Shown piece by piece: positions 43,101 to 53,527 of a stretch of 64,000 nt of DNA. The first letter of the stretch is position 1; every line of letters starts with the position of its first letter. Source of the DNA: Alphaproteobacteria bacterium (lineage in GTDB: Bacteria; Pseudomonadota; Alphaproteobacteria; MPNO01); assembly GCA_965203455.1 (NCBI GenBank), contig CBDBCV010000017.1, forward strand, positions 8,639 through 72,638, given 5' to 3'. The notes below the pieces were generated by a model, which saw nothing but the letters and a program-made list of their open reading frames with translations, made no database searches and was not told the DNA's origin. The translations under genes and the position numbers were made by a program.

Positions 43101-43194
43101 CGGCGCGCCAACTTCCCCTGCCACGCCGGACGGACCCGGCGCCTGTTCCCTTCCGGCGGCCGCGGAGTAAGTTCCGGCCGGGAGGAAGACGACT

Positions 43195-45006
43195 TTGGCC
43201 GACACATTGGAAATCGTGCCCCACCGGGTCAGCCGGGAGGAACGTCCCGACGGGGCGATAATCCTGCGCTCGGGCCTCGAACTCGGTCCCGTCGCCCGGA
43301 CGACCCTGGACTGGCTGCACCGCTGGGCCGCCGATGCGCCCGACCGCGTCTTCGTCGCGGAGCGGCGCGGGGACGGCTGGCGGGAAATCGCGTACGCGGA
43401 GATGGCCCGGCTGGTCCGCGCCGCCGCCGCGGGTCTCCTCGCGCGGGGGATCGGTTACGGCAGCCCGATCGTCGTGCTGTCCGGTCCCTCGGTCGATCAC
43501 GCGGTGCTCGCGCTCGCCGCCCAGACGATCGGCGCGCCGCTGGTGCCGCTGGCCGAGCAGTACGCGCTGCTGCCCGAGGCCCGGCCCCGGCTGCGCTATT
43601 GCGCCGGCAAGGTGCGCCCCGCGATGGTCTATGCCGCCGATGCGGAGGCCTACGGTCCGGCGCTGGCGCTCGACATCTTCGACGGCGTGCAGAAGGTCGC
43701 GAGCCGCGCGGCCGGCGGCGGCATGACCGCGTTCCCGGACGTCGTGAAGGGCGATGCCGCGGCGGACGTCGAGGCCGCCTTCGCCCGGGTCGGACCGGAT
43801 ACGCTGGCGAAGATTCTCTTCACCTCGGGCTCCACCTCCGACCCCAAGGGCGTGCCCCAGACCCAGCGGATGCTGACCGTGAACCAGGCGCAGTACCTCG
43901 CCTGCCTGCCCCTGCTCGGCCGCAAGCCGCACAAGATCCTGAGCTGGCCGCCCTGGAACCACGTATTCGTCGGCAACTCGGACTTCAACATGATGCTGGC
44001 GAACGGCGGCAGCCTCTATCTCGACGACGGGAAACCGGTCGGCAAGTCGTTCGACCGCACGCTGGAGAACCTGCGGATGCATCCGGGGACGCTGGCCATC
44101 GACCTGCCGGTCGCGCACGCGCTCACCGTCCGGGCGATGCGCACCGATGCCGGGCTGCGCCGCGGCTATTTCCGCGACCTCGACATGTTCTTCTACGCCG
44201 GCGCGTCGCTCCCCGCCGACGTCTGGACGGCGATCGAGGAGATGGCGGCGGCGGAGGGCGGCGAGGCGCCCCTGATGATCTCCGGCTGGGGCATGACCGA
44301 GACCGCGCCCTGCGCGATCCTCTACCACCAGAGGGGCGCGGCGTCCGGGATGGTGGGCGTGCCGGTGCCCGGGTTGACGGCGAAGCTGATCCCGCTCGGC
44401 GGCGACCGCTACGAGCTCAGGGTCGCGGGGCCGAACGTGATCGACGGGTATTTCGAGGATCCGGAGCGGACCGAAGCAAGCTTCGACGAGGACGGGTTCT
44501 TCGTCACCGGGGACGCGGTCCGGTTGGTCGACGCTGCCGACGACTCGCGGGGCCTGGCGTTCGACGGCCGGCTTACCGAGGACTTCAAGCTGATCACCGG
44601 CACCTGGGTCCGCGCGAGCGTGCTCAGGGTCGAGGCGCTGGCCGCGCTCTCGGGGCTGGTTCAGGACGTCGTCGTGGTGGGCGAGGGCCGGGCGGAGATC
44701 GGGCTGCTGGTCTTTCCGGCGCCGGGCCGCTGCGCGGGAGACGCGGACGCCGACGAGGCAGTGCTGGACGAGCCCTACGCCGCCGAACTCCGCAGGGTCA
44801 TGGAGGAACTCGCGGCGAAGGCGACGGGATCGTCGATGCGCATCGCGAGGGCGATCGTGCTCGCCGAGCCGCCTTCCGTCGGCGCCGGCGAGATCACGCC
44901 CAAGGGAAGCCTCAACGTCCGGACCGTAACGGCCCGTCGCGCCCGCCTCGTGGAACGCCTCTACGACGACGCCGACGCCGCGATCCGGCTTCCGGGGCCC
45001 CGATAA
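43195..45006 (+). CDS. AMP-binding CoA ligase, feruloyl/hydroxycinnamoyl-CoA synthetase (Fcs)-like
   Basis: 603 aa (ILFTSGSTSDPKGVPQT..., GWGMTET, FVTGD). A TTG start is inferred at 43195, since no ATG/GTG lies between the upstream stop and this position. Confidence 0.7.
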   Translation: MADTLEIVPHRVSREERPDGAIILRSGLELGPVARTTLDWLHRWAADAPDRVFVAERRGDGWREIAYAEMARLVRAAAAGLLARGIGYGSPIVVLSGPSVDHAVLALAAQTIGAPLVPLAEQYALLPEARPRLRYCAGKVRPAMVYAADAEAYGPALALDIFDGVQKVASRAAGGGMTAFPDVVKGDAAADVEAAFARVGPDTLAKILFTSGSTSDPKGVPQTQRMLTVNQAQYLACLPLLGRKPHKILSWPPWNHVFVGNSDFNMMLANGGSLYLDDGKPVGKSFDRTLENLRMHPGTLAIDLPVAHALTVRAMRTDAGLRRGYFRDLDMFFYAGASLPADVWTAIEEMAAAEGGEAPLMISGWGMTETAPCAILYHQRGAASGMVGVPVPGLTAKLIPLGGDRYELRVAGPNVIDGYFEDPERTEASFDEDGFFVTGDAVRLVDAADDSRGLAFDGRLTEDFKLITGTWVRASVLRVEALAALSGLVQDVVVVGEGRAEIGLLVFPAPGRCAGDADADEAVLDEPYAAELRRVMEELAAKATGSSMRIARAIVLAEPPSVGAGEITPKGSLNVRTVTARRARLVERLYDDADAAIRLPGPR

Positions 45007-45091
45007 TTTCGAAGATTATAGAGACTACTCGATGCGCGGGCTCGGGACGCGGACTTCGGCGCGCCGGCGTCTCCCTCGTCGCCGTTCCCTT

Positions 45092-45230
45092 TGTCGCCCC
45101 GCTTTCCCCCACCGTCATGCCCGGACTTGTTCCGGGCATCCACGCCTTGCGGCATCGCGGTGCAAGCGGGGAGCGGGCGAGGCGGCGGAGGGACGTGGAT
45201 GCCCGGAACAAGTCCGGGCATGACGGTGTA
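45092..45230. repeat. MITE/REP-like palindromic element, copy F (family 1, core inverted relative to copies C and E)
   Basis: caccgtcatgcccggacttgttccgggcatccacgcc...ggacgtggatgcccggaacaagtccgggcatgacggtg. The core is the reverse complement of the copy C/E cores. Confidence 0.8.
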
Positions 45231-45300
45231 GGTGTGGTTGACCTCCCGCTCGTCAACTAGTCTTTGCAAGCGCCATAATTTCCGACGGAAAGGCGAAATC

Positions 45301-45762
45301 ATGCCCTCAGCGCCCGGCCTCCGCCACTTCTGCGACATCGCCGCCGAGCTCGGTCCGATCCGCGAGATGGGGGCGGGGCGGGCCGGAAGGCGCCGTCTCG
45401 TCCCGATCGTCGGCGGACGCGTCACGGGACCGGACATCTCGGGCCGCATCCTGAACCTCGGGGCGGACTGGCAGACGATCTTCGCCGACGGGACCGCCGA
45501 GCTCGACACGCGCTATGCCATGGAGACCGATGACGGCGCCCTGATCGAGGTCGTCAATTACGGCTTCCGCCACGGGCCGCCCGACGTCATCGCGCGCCTC
45601 GCGGCCGGCGAGGAGGTGCCGCCCGACAGCTACTACATGCGGACCCACGCCCGGCTGGAGACCGGGGACGCCGGATATGCGTGGGTCAACCGGACGCTCT
45701 TCGTCGGCACCGGGGCGCGGCAACGCTCGTCCGTCCGGATTTCGCTCTTCGCCATCGAATAG
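45301..45762 (+). CDS. DUF3237-family protein
   Basis: 153 aa (RLVPIVGGRVTGPDISGRILNLGADWQTIFADGTAELDTRYAMETDDGALIEVVNYGFRHG) resembles DUF3237. The start is MPSAPGL. Confidence 0.55.
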   Translation: MPSAPGLRHFCDIAAELGPIREMGAGRAGRRRLVPIVGGRVTGPDISGRILNLGADWQTIFADGTAELDTRYAMETDDGALIEVVNYGFRHGPPDVIARLAAGEEVPPDSYYMRTHARLETGDAGYAWVNRTLFVGTGARQRSSVRISLFAIE

Positions 45763-45789
45763 CCGGCGATCCGTCCCTCCCGGCGGCCG

Positions 45790-45882
45790 GCATCCCCCCT
45801 CACCCTGACCCTCTCCCCCGGCGGGGGAGAGGGGTCGCTTCCCCCCTCCCGCTTGCGGGAGGGGCCGGGGGAGGGTGGGCCG
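45790..45882. repeat. GC-rich double-hairpin intergenic element (family 3), copy 2, reverse orientation, directly after the DUF3237 stop
   Basis: ccctctcccccggcgggggagaggg and cccctcccgcttgcgggagggg. The stems are conserved with copy 1 and the loops differ. Confidence 0.75.
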
Positions 45883-46005
45883 TCGCGAACGCATAAGGTC
45901 GGAAAATGCTCTAGGCTATGCTCGACCGCTATTGAAGGCGCCCCGTGCGAGGGCCAAGTCGGGATTATGGCGTAGCCTTCGCTTCCAATGCCGGAGGGCC
46001 GGGAA

Positions 46006-47529
46006 ATGTCGCTGTTCGCCGATTTTACGATCACGAGCATCCACGTCCTGACGACCCTGTTCGTATTTCCCGCCGCCGTCGTCTTTCTGATCGTCGCGGT
46101 GATGTTCGTCATCGACGTGACGCAAACCGCGGACGCGGTGCGGCGCAACTACCCCGTCATCGGCCGATTCCGTCGCCTCTTCACCACCCTCGGCGAGTAT
46201 TTCCGGCAGTACTTCTTCGCCATGGACCGCGACGAGATGCCGTTCAACCGGGCGGAGCGCGACTGGGTCTACAAGTCCTCGCGCGGCGTCGACAACACGA
46301 TCGCGTTCGGCTCGACGAAATCGCTCCTGCCGGCGGGCACGGTCATCTTCGTCAACTGCCCGTTTCCCAAGATCGACGAGGACAGCGAGCCCGCGCCGGC
46401 GCTGACCATCGGCCCCTACGCCAGACAGCCCTATGTCGCGCAATCCGTGATCAACATTTCCGGCATGAGCTTCGGCGCGATATCGCAGCCGGCGGTCCGG
46501 GCCCTGTCGAAGGGCGCCGCGCTCGCCGGCTGCTGGCTCAACACCGGCGAGGGCGGGCTGGCGCCGTACCATCTGGAGGGCGGCTGCGATCTCGTGTTCC
46601 AGATCGGCACCGCGAAGTACGGCGTGCGCGACGCCGAGGGCAATCTGTGCGACGACCGGCTGCGCGAACTCGCGGCCCACGAACAGATCAGAATGTTCGA
46701 GATCAAGCTCAGCCAGGGCGCCAAGCCGGGCAAGGGCGGCATTCTGCCGGCCGCCAAGGTCACCGAGGAAATCGCCGGGATTCGAGGCATTCCGGTCCAC
46801 ACGGATTCGATCTCGCCCAACCGCCACCTCGATATCGATTCGGTCACCGACCTGCTAGACGTCATCGGCCGCATCCGGGACGTCACCGGGAGGCCGGTCG
46901 GCTTCAAGACCGTGGTCGGCGCCTATGGCTGGATCGAGAGCCTCTGCCGGGAAGTCCACAAGCGCGGCATCGAATCCGCGCCCGACTTCATCACCGTCGA
47001 CTCCGGCGACGGCGGCACCGGCGCGGCGCCGATGCCGCTGATGGACAATGTGGGCATGCCGATCAAGGAGGCGCTTCCGGTCGTCGTCGATATTCTCGTC
47101 CGCTTCGGGTTGCGCGAGCGCATCCGGGTGATCGCGTCGGGCAAGCTGATTACGCCGGCCGAGGTCGCATGGGCCTATTGCGTCGGCGCCGACTTCGTGG
47201 TGTCGGCGCGCGGCTTCATGTTCGCGCTCGGCTGCATCCAGTCGCTGAAATGCAACAGGAACACCTGCCCGACCGGGATCACCACCCACGACCGCCGGCT
47301 GCAGCGCGGCCTCGATCCCGAAACGAAGTCGGTCAGGGTCAAGAACTTCGTCGAGAAGCTGCGCTACGGCACCGGGATCATCAGCCATTCCTGCGGCGTC
47401 TCCCATCCGCGCGCGCTCAAGCGCTATCACTGCCGGATCGCTTCGGGAGACGGCAAGTCGGTACCTCTCGACGAGCGGTACCCGGTTCCCGACATATATC
47501 CCGAGTACGCGTCCCGAAAAGCCTCATAG
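46006..47529 (+). CDS. FMN-binding glutamate-synthase-family protein (GltB central-domain-like), membrane-anchored
   Basis: N-terminal TM (VLTTLFVFPAAVVFLIVAVMFVI) followed by a GltS FMN domain (ISGMSFGAIS..., GEGG, DFITVDSGDGGTGAAP, C-x-NTCPTGI). Confidence 0.75.
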   Translation: MSLFADFTITSIHVLTTLFVFPAAVVFLIVAVMFVIDVTQTADAVRRNYPVIGRFRRLFTTLGEYFRQYFFAMDRDEMPFNRAERDWVYKSSRGVDNTIAFGSTKSLLPAGTVIFVNCPFPKIDEDSEPAPALTIGPYARQPYVAQSVINISGMSFGAISQPAVRALSKGAALAGCWLNTGEGGLAPYHLEGGCDLVFQIGTAKYGVRDAEGNLCDDRLRELAAHEQIRMFEIKLSQGAKPGKGGILPAAKVTEEIAGIRGIPVHTDSISPNRHLDIDSVTDLLDVIGRIRDVTGRPVGFKTVVGAYGWIESLCREVHKRGIESAPDFITVDSGDGGTGAAPMPLMDNVGMPIKEALPVVVDILVRFGLRERIRVIASGKLITPAEVAWAYCVGADFVVSARGFMFALGCIQSLKCNRNTCPTGITTHDRRLQRGLDPETKSVRVKNFVEKLRYGTGIISHSCGVSHPRALKRYHCRIASGDGKSVPLDERYPVPDIYPEYASRKAS

Positions 47530-47560
47530 GCAGGACCGCCAACCCCTCGAGGAACATGCG

Positions 47561-49249
47561 ATGAGCACCGTCGATTTTGCCGTCTCCGAAGCGGCCGACA
47601 CGCCGATGCGGGCGTCCGACCTGCTGGTCCGGGCGCTGGAAAACGAGGGCGTGAAGTACGTCTTCGGCGTCCCCGGAGAAGAAAATCTCGATTTTCTCGA
47701 TTCGCTCCGCACGTCGAGCATCGAGCTGGTCCTGACCCGGCACGAGCAGTCGGCGGGCTTCATGGCCGCCACCTACGGAAGGCTGACCGGCGAGGCCGGC
47801 GTCTGTCTGGCGACGCTGGGGCCGGGCGCGACCAACCTGGTGACCGCGGCGGCCTACGCGCAGCTGGGCGCCATGCCGATGATGATGATCACCGGCCAGA
47901 AGCCGATAAAGTCGAGCAAGCAGGGCCGCTTCCAGATCGTCGACGTGGTGTCGATGATGCGCCCGATCACCAAGTTCGCGAAGCAGATCGTCAACGGCAA
48001 CACGATCCCGAGCGTCGTGCGGGAGGCGTTCCGGCTGGCCGAGGAAGAACGGCCGGGCGCGGTGCATATCGAGCTGCCCGAGGACATCGCCGCCGAACGG
48101 GTCGACGCCCAACCGCTGTTCCCGCCGACGACGACGCGGCGGCCGCATTGCGACCCGCTGGCCGTCGACCGGGCCGTCGACATGATCCGCTCGGCGAGGC
48201 GCCCGCTGCTGCTGGTCGGCGCCGGCGCCAACCGCAAGCGCATCATCGCGGCGCTGGAGGCCTTCGTCGGCAAGACCGGAATCCCCTATTTCGATACCCA
48301 GATGGGCAAGGGGGTCATCGGCCGGCTTCACGATCTCCATATCGGCACGGCGGCGCTGTCGGCGGGCGACTACGTGCACTGCGCCATCGACCGCGCCGAC
48401 CTGGTGATCAATGCCGGCCACGATGTGGTCGAGAAGCCGCCCTTCTTCATGGAGCACGGCGGCAAGAAGGTCATCCACGTCAACTTCAGCCCGAGCGAGG
48501 TCGACGAGGTCTATTTTCCGCAGCTGGAGCTGGTTGGCGACATCGCTTCGAGCTTCGAACGGCTTGCCGAACGGCTGGAGCCGCAACCGGGGCACGAGTT
48601 CGACTATTTCATGCGGGTGCGGGAGGAGGTCCAGGCGCACATCGCCGAGCGCGCCGATGACGACTCGTTTCCGCTGCTGCCCCAGCGCATCGTCGCCGAC
48701 GCGCGCGCCGTCATGCCGCCTGACGGAATCGTCGCGCTCGACAACGGCACCTACAAGATCTGGTTCGCGCGCAACTATCCGGCCCGGCAGTCGAACACGG
48801 TGCTGCTCGACAACGCGCTGGCGACCATGGGCGCTGGGCTGCCGTCGGCGATGATGACGGCCATGATGTACCCGGACCGCCGGGTGATGGCGATCTGCGG
48901 CGACGGCGGCTTCATGATGAACAGCCAGGAGCTGGAGACCGCCGTGCGCCTGGGCCTCGATCTCGTGGTTCTGATACTGCGCGACGATGCCTACGGCATG
49001 ATCCGCTGGAAACAGGCCGATGCGGGGCTGGCCGACTGGGGGCTCGGATACGGCAATCCGGATTTCGTCGACTATGCCGGAAGCTATGGCGCGGCGGGCC
49101 ACCGCCTCGGCGCGGCGGACGAGCTGGCGCCGCTGCTGGAAAGCTGTTTCCAGGCCGGCGGAGTCCACATCGTCGAGGTGCCGATCGACTATCGCGAAAA
49201 CCAGCGCGTCCTGATCGACGAGCTGGCCGAGCGCGTCTGCCTCCTGTGA
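47561..49249 (+). CDS. ThDP-dependent acetolactate-synthase (AlsS-like) large-subunit-family enzyme
   Basis: 562 aa (LVRALENEGVKYVFGVPGEENL...GPGATNL...ICGDGGFMMNSQELETAVR, ThDP motif). Confidence 0.8.
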   Translation: MSTVDFAVSEAADTPMRASDLLVRALENEGVKYVFGVPGEENLDFLDSLRTSSIELVLTRHEQSAGFMAATYGRLTGEAGVCLATLGPGATNLVTAAAYAQLGAMPMMMITGQKPIKSSKQGRFQIVDVVSMMRPITKFAKQIVNGNTIPSVVREAFRLAEEERPGAVHIELPEDIAAERVDAQPLFPPTTTRRPHCDPLAVDRAVDMIRSARRPLLLVGAGANRKRIIAALEAFVGKTGIPYFDTQMGKGVIGRLHDLHIGTAALSAGDYVHCAIDRADLVINAGHDVVEKPPFFMEHGGKKVIHVNFSPSEVDEVYFPQLELVGDIASSFERLAERLEPQPGHEFDYFMRVREEVQAHIAERADDDSFPLLPQRIVADARAVMPPDGIVALDNGTYKIWFARNYPARQSNTVLLDNALATMGAGLPSAMMTAMMYPDRRVMAICGDGGFMMNSQELETAVRLGLDLVVLILRDDAYGMIRWKQADAGLADWGLGYGNPDFVDYAGSYGAAGHRLGAADELAPLLESCFQAGGVHIVEVPIDYRENQRVLIDELAERVCLL

Positions 49250-49285
49250 CCGCGGACGGCCGGAACGAGCCGGACAGGCGCGCGC

Positions 49286-50813
49286 TCAGATCTTCTTGTT
49301 CCGCTCTCGCCAGAACGCTTCCTTGAGCACGGTTTTCTGAATCTTGCCGACGGGCGTCTTCGGGAAATCCGGAACGAACCTGACCAGGCGCGGCCGCTTG
49401 AACCGGGCTAGGCGCCGCGCGCAGTGGTCCGCCACGAATTCCTCGTCGAGGGACGCCCCCGGTTTGAGGGACACGTAAGCCGCCGGCACTTCTCCCCACC
49501 GGTCGTCCGGGATGCCGAAGACGGCGCATTCGGCGACACCGTCGATCTCGTATATCGCGGTTTCGATTTCCTTGGGGTAGACGTTTTCCCCGCCGGAAAT
49601 GATCATGTCCTTCGACCGGTCGACCAGCGTGATGAAACCGTCTTCGTCGACGGTCGCCAGATCGCCCGACCAGCCCCACCCGTCCCCGAGCTTGAAGAAC
49701 TCCCGGGTCTGGTCGGGTTCGCCGTAATATTCCAGCATCAGATTGTCGCCGCGGCTCACCACCTCACCGATCTCCCCGGCATCGATGTCCGTGCCGTCCG
49801 GGCGCACCACGCGGATATCGACGTTGTAGGACTGCCTGCCCACGGCGCCGAGCTTGCCGGGCAGGTACCAGTGGCGCAGCACCGCGATCACGCCCATTTC
49901 CGATTGGCCGTAAATTTGCGTCAGCCGCAGGTCGGGCAGCCGCGCGCGCAGCTCCTTCTGGACCCAGTCCGGCATCGGCGCGCCCGCGAAGCTGACCTTG
50001 CGCCAGGTGGCGAGCCGCGCCGCATCGAAGCCCGGGTGGTTGAGCAGCATCGCCGCCTGGGTCGGCACCATGAAGTTGGCGGTCATGCGCGTGCGCTCGA
50101 CCATCGCGACGAAATCGGCCGGGTCCCACTTGGTCAGGAACGCCGCGGTCGCGCCCGCCAGTATGGCGGGCTGGAACATGATGTTGAGCGCCGCGACGTG
50201 GAAGAGCGGGGTGACGATCCCGACGATGTCCCGCTCGTCGATCGCCTCCTCCACCATCACCGTATGCGCCGTCACGTCGCGCGCCCGGTGGCTGCACAGC
50301 ACCCCCTTGGGCCGCCCCGTCGTGCCGCCGGTGTAGGTCATGCAGAACGGATCGTCCTCGCTCAGAGCGATATCCGGATACGTGTCCGGGCCTTGGCGCA
50401 CGAAGTCGTCGAACCCGATCGCATCCTTCACCGCGCCCGGGTCGCCGATAGCGATGTAGGTCCCGATGCCGGGCAGATCGTCCTGCACCATGGTGACCTT
50501 CCCGGCCAGGAACCCGTCATAGATCAGCGCCTCCACATCGGCCTTGTCGAGCACATAGGCCAGCTCGTCGGGCGCGTAGAGGACGGAGACGTTGGTCAGC
50601 ACGTAGCCGGTGCGCGCGGCGCCGAAGAAGACGACGCCGTATTCCGGCAGGTTGCGGCTGAGGATGCCGACCTTGGCACCCTTCGCCAGGCCGAGGCCAA
50701 GCAGCGCGTGGGCGAGGCGGTTGGCCGCCGCGTCCAGTTCGCGGTAGAGCATCGTCGTCCCGCCGCACAGGATCGCGGGCTTGTCGGGGAAGCGATGCGC
50801 CGAACGGCGCAAC
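49286..50813 (-). CDS. Acyl-CoA synthetase (AMP-binding), medium/long-chain type
   Basis: YTGGTTGRPKGVLCSH, YGQSEMG, GWGWSGD. The start is MLRRSAHRFPDKPAI, with a GGAGG ribosome-binding site. The upstream part of the 781-aa ORF is read-through from the frameshifted SDR. Confidence 0.8.
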
Positions 50814-50847
50814 ATGTCGCCTGCGAGACGGATTCCTCCCGGCCGGT

Positions 50848-51631
50848 CTAGAACAGGCCGCGGATCAGGCCGCCGTCGACGGCCAGGTTCTGCGCGGTGA
50901 TGTAGCCCGCGTGGCGGGAACACAGAAACGCGCATGCGGGGCCGAAATCCTCGGCCAGCCCGAGCCGGCCGGCCGGGATCGAGCCGGCCATGCGCGCGCG
51001 GACGGCCGCCTCGTCCACACCGTCCTTCTCCATGCGCGCCTTGAACACGCGCCGCAGCGCGCCGGTATCGATCAGCCCCGGAAGCAGGTTGTTGACCGTC
51101 ACCCCCTTGTCGGCGACCTCCCGCGCGAGCGTCGACATCGCCCCGTGCAGGCCAGCGCGTACGGCGTTGGCGAGCGCCATGTTGGGGTATGGCTCCTTGG
51201 CGGCGAAAGACGTGATGTTGACGATGCGTCCGAAGCCGCGGCCGATCATGCCCGGCAGCAGCCTCCCGGGCGATCTCCAGATGCCCCAGCATGTTGACAT
51301 GCAGCGCCGCGAGCCAGGTGTCCGTCGAATGCTCGGCGAACTCTCCGGTCGGCGGCCCGCCCGCGTTGGTCACGAGGATCGAAATCGGCTCTCCCAGCGC
51401 GGCGTGCGCGTCGTCGACCAGACGGGCGCGGTCGGCCGCGACCGACAGATCGGCACGGACATAGGCCGCCCGACCGGCAAAGGACTCGGCGGCCGCGGCG
51501 CCTGTGGCGGGATCGCGCCCGACCGCGGCGACCGCGACGCCCTCGTTCGCCAGCGCCCGCGCGCAGGACAGCCCCAGCCCGCGCGTGCCGCCCAGCACCA
51601 GCGCCCGCTCACCGGCGATACCCAGATCCAC
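50848..51631 (-). pseudogene. SDR-family oxidoreductase with a +1 frameshift (N-terminal 127 aa and C-terminal 133 aa in different frames); pseudogene or sequence error
   Basis: N-terminal LVLGGTRGLGLS...VTNAGG...LEIAREAAAG, then a frame switch to MIGRGFGRIVNITSFAAKEP...AVDGGLIRGLF. One extra base sits near 51243-51250 (gccgggCatgatc). Confidence 0.6.
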
Positions 51632-51717
51632 CCGCCGTCTCCTCCTCCGAATGCCGGGCGCGGACTCTCGCGCCGGAACGGGCGACCGCTGTTCGAAAAG
51701 GCGGGGCCGTCCCGCCT

Positions 51718-52346
51718 ACCATCCGCCCGTCGCCAGCCACTCCTCCATGAGCTCCATCTTCTCCAGCCCGAAGAAAGGCTCGCCGTCGACGATGAAGAAC
51801 GGCGAAGCCGAACACGCCCGCCTCCAGCGACTCGTCGACCGCCGCGCGCAGCAGGAGGGCCGCCTCGCCGCTGTCGAAACCGGCGTCGAGCGCCGCCTTG
51901 TCCGCGCCTTCCGACGCGGCCATGGCCGTCACCGTTTCCGGCGTGCCGATGTCGACCCCCTCCTGCCAGTGGGCGCGCAGCAGGCTCTTCGCGACCGGCT
52001 TGGCGCGTTCGGGGTCGTGGCGGCGCAGCCAGTGGAAGGCGCGCCCGGCGGCGAGCGGGCGGGGTTGGACCCGATCGGATCCCAGCGGCGGCGACAGCGC
52101 GATGCCGTGGCGGCGGCAATAGCGCTCCGCGTCGCGCAGCGCATAGGGACCCTTGAGCGGCGTCTCCGGAATCGGCTTGAGCCCCATCACCTTGAGCACG
52201 GAAATGCCCGTCAGCATCGACCGCCAATCCGCCTCGCGCCCGTACTTCGCGGCCAGCGCGTCGACCCGCAGGCTCGCCAGGAATCCGAACGGCGAGATGA
52301 AATCGAAATAGAACAGAACCGGCGCGGGCCGCGGTTCGACGGTCAT
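51718..52346 (-). pseudogene. 2-hydroxychromene-2-carboxylate isomerase-family (DsbA-like) protein with a +1 frameshift near the C-terminus
   Basis: MTVEPRPAPVLFYFDFISPFGFLAS... runs in frame to ...DESLEAGVFG, then GSPFFIVDGEPFFGLEKMELMEEWLATGGW* is reached only after removing one base (ggcTtcgcc on the minus strand, around plus-strand 51805). Confidence 0.55.
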
Positions 52347-52479
52347 CGTATGGCGGCTCCCGACATGGGGGCGGCATTGTAGCCGGAGGGCGTCCCGAGC
52401 GTAGCCCGCTTCGACCGCACCAGTTGACCGAAGCAGGGCCGGGTGACATCAACCGGCGGCCGAAAGGAGGAATCCGGGA

Positions 52480-53499
52480 ATGTCTGGAACCGATGGCGGA
52501 GGAGGAGGCGTTGCGGCCCCGCCCTGCGTCGTCGTCGTCCACGACCCCACGCCGGAGGTGCGCGGCGCCTACCGGGAAGAGCTCGGCGCCCGCTGCGAGC
52601 TGCTTTTCCTGCCCGACCTGGCGCCGGCGGACCGGGCCGCCGCGCTTGCGCGTGCGCGCGTGCTGATCGCCTGGAACCCCCGGATCGAGATCGGGGCCGC
52701 CGATGTCGATGCGATGACGTCGCTCGGCTTCGTCCAGCTGATGACCGCGGGCGTCGATCACGTGCCGCTGCATCTCTTTCCGCGCGATGTGCCGATCGCC
52801 TCCAATGCGGGCGTTTTCGCCGGCCCGATGGCGGAGTTCGCGCTCGCCATGACGCTCGCCGCGGCCAAGCGCCTGCGGTCGAGCACCGGGAGATGCGGGA
52901 AGGGCGGTTCAACCAGTTCGCCGTCAACAGGACGCTCGACGGGGCGGTGTGCGCCATCCTCGGCTTCGGCGGCGTCGGGGCGCGCGGCGGCGCGGCTCTT
53001 CGGGGCGCTGGGCGCGGAGATCTACGCCGTCAACCGCAGCGGGGAGACCGGCGAGGACGTAGCGTTCGTCGGCACGCTGGCGGCGCTGCGAACCGTGCTC
53101 GACGCCGCCGACGTCGTCCTCGTCTCGCTGTCGCTCACCCGCGCGACGGCGGGGCTGATCGGCGCGCGCGAGCTGGGCTGGATGAAGGACGACGCGATCC
53201 TGGTCAACGTCGCGCGCGGCGAGATCGTCGACCAGGACGCGCTCTACCGCCATCTGGTCGACAACGAGCGGTTTTTCGCCTGTCTGGAATCGTGGTGGAT
53301 CGAGCCGGTGCGGCACGGCGAATTCCGGATCGAGCACCCGTTCCTCGACCTGCCCAACGTCATCGCCGCGCCGCACAATTCCGCGAGCGTCCCCGGCGCG
53401 CATCTCGAGGCGGTGCGCAGCGGCGCGCGCAACGTCCGCCGGTGGCTGGACGGCGAGGCGCCCCGGAACCTGCTGGGCGCGGACGAGCGCGGCGCCTGA
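52480..53499 (+). CDS. D-isomer-specific 2-hydroxyacid dehydrogenase-family protein with an internal ~34-codon out-of-frame segment (compensating -1 and +1 indels)
   Basis: The ORF is open, but residues ~133-167 (LRSSTGRCGKGGSTSSPSTGRSTGRCAPSSASAASG) are garbled. The -1 frame reads the expected ...VEHREMREGRFNQFAVNRTLDGAVCAILGFGGVG. A base is missing at about 52876 and an extra G sits at 52977-52980. Confidence 0.6.
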   Translation: MSGTDGGGGGVAAPPCVVVVHDPTPEVRGAYREELGARCELLFLPDLAPADRAAALARARVLIAWNPRIEIGAADVDAMTSLGFVQLMTAGVDHVPLHLFPRDVPIASNAGVFAGPMAEFALAMTLAAAKRLRSSTGRCGKGGSTSSPSTGRSTGRCAPSSASAASGRAAARLFGALGAEIYAVNRSGETGEDVAFVGTLAALRTVLDAADVVLVSLSLTRATAGLIGARELGWMKDDAILVNVARGEIVDQDALYRHLVDNERFFACLESWWIEPVRHGEFRIEHPFLDLPNVIAAPHNSASVPGAHLEAVRSGARNVRRWLDGEAPRNLLGADERGA

Positions 53500-53527
53500 G
53501 GCGGCAGGGTCCGGCCGAGGCGGGAAT

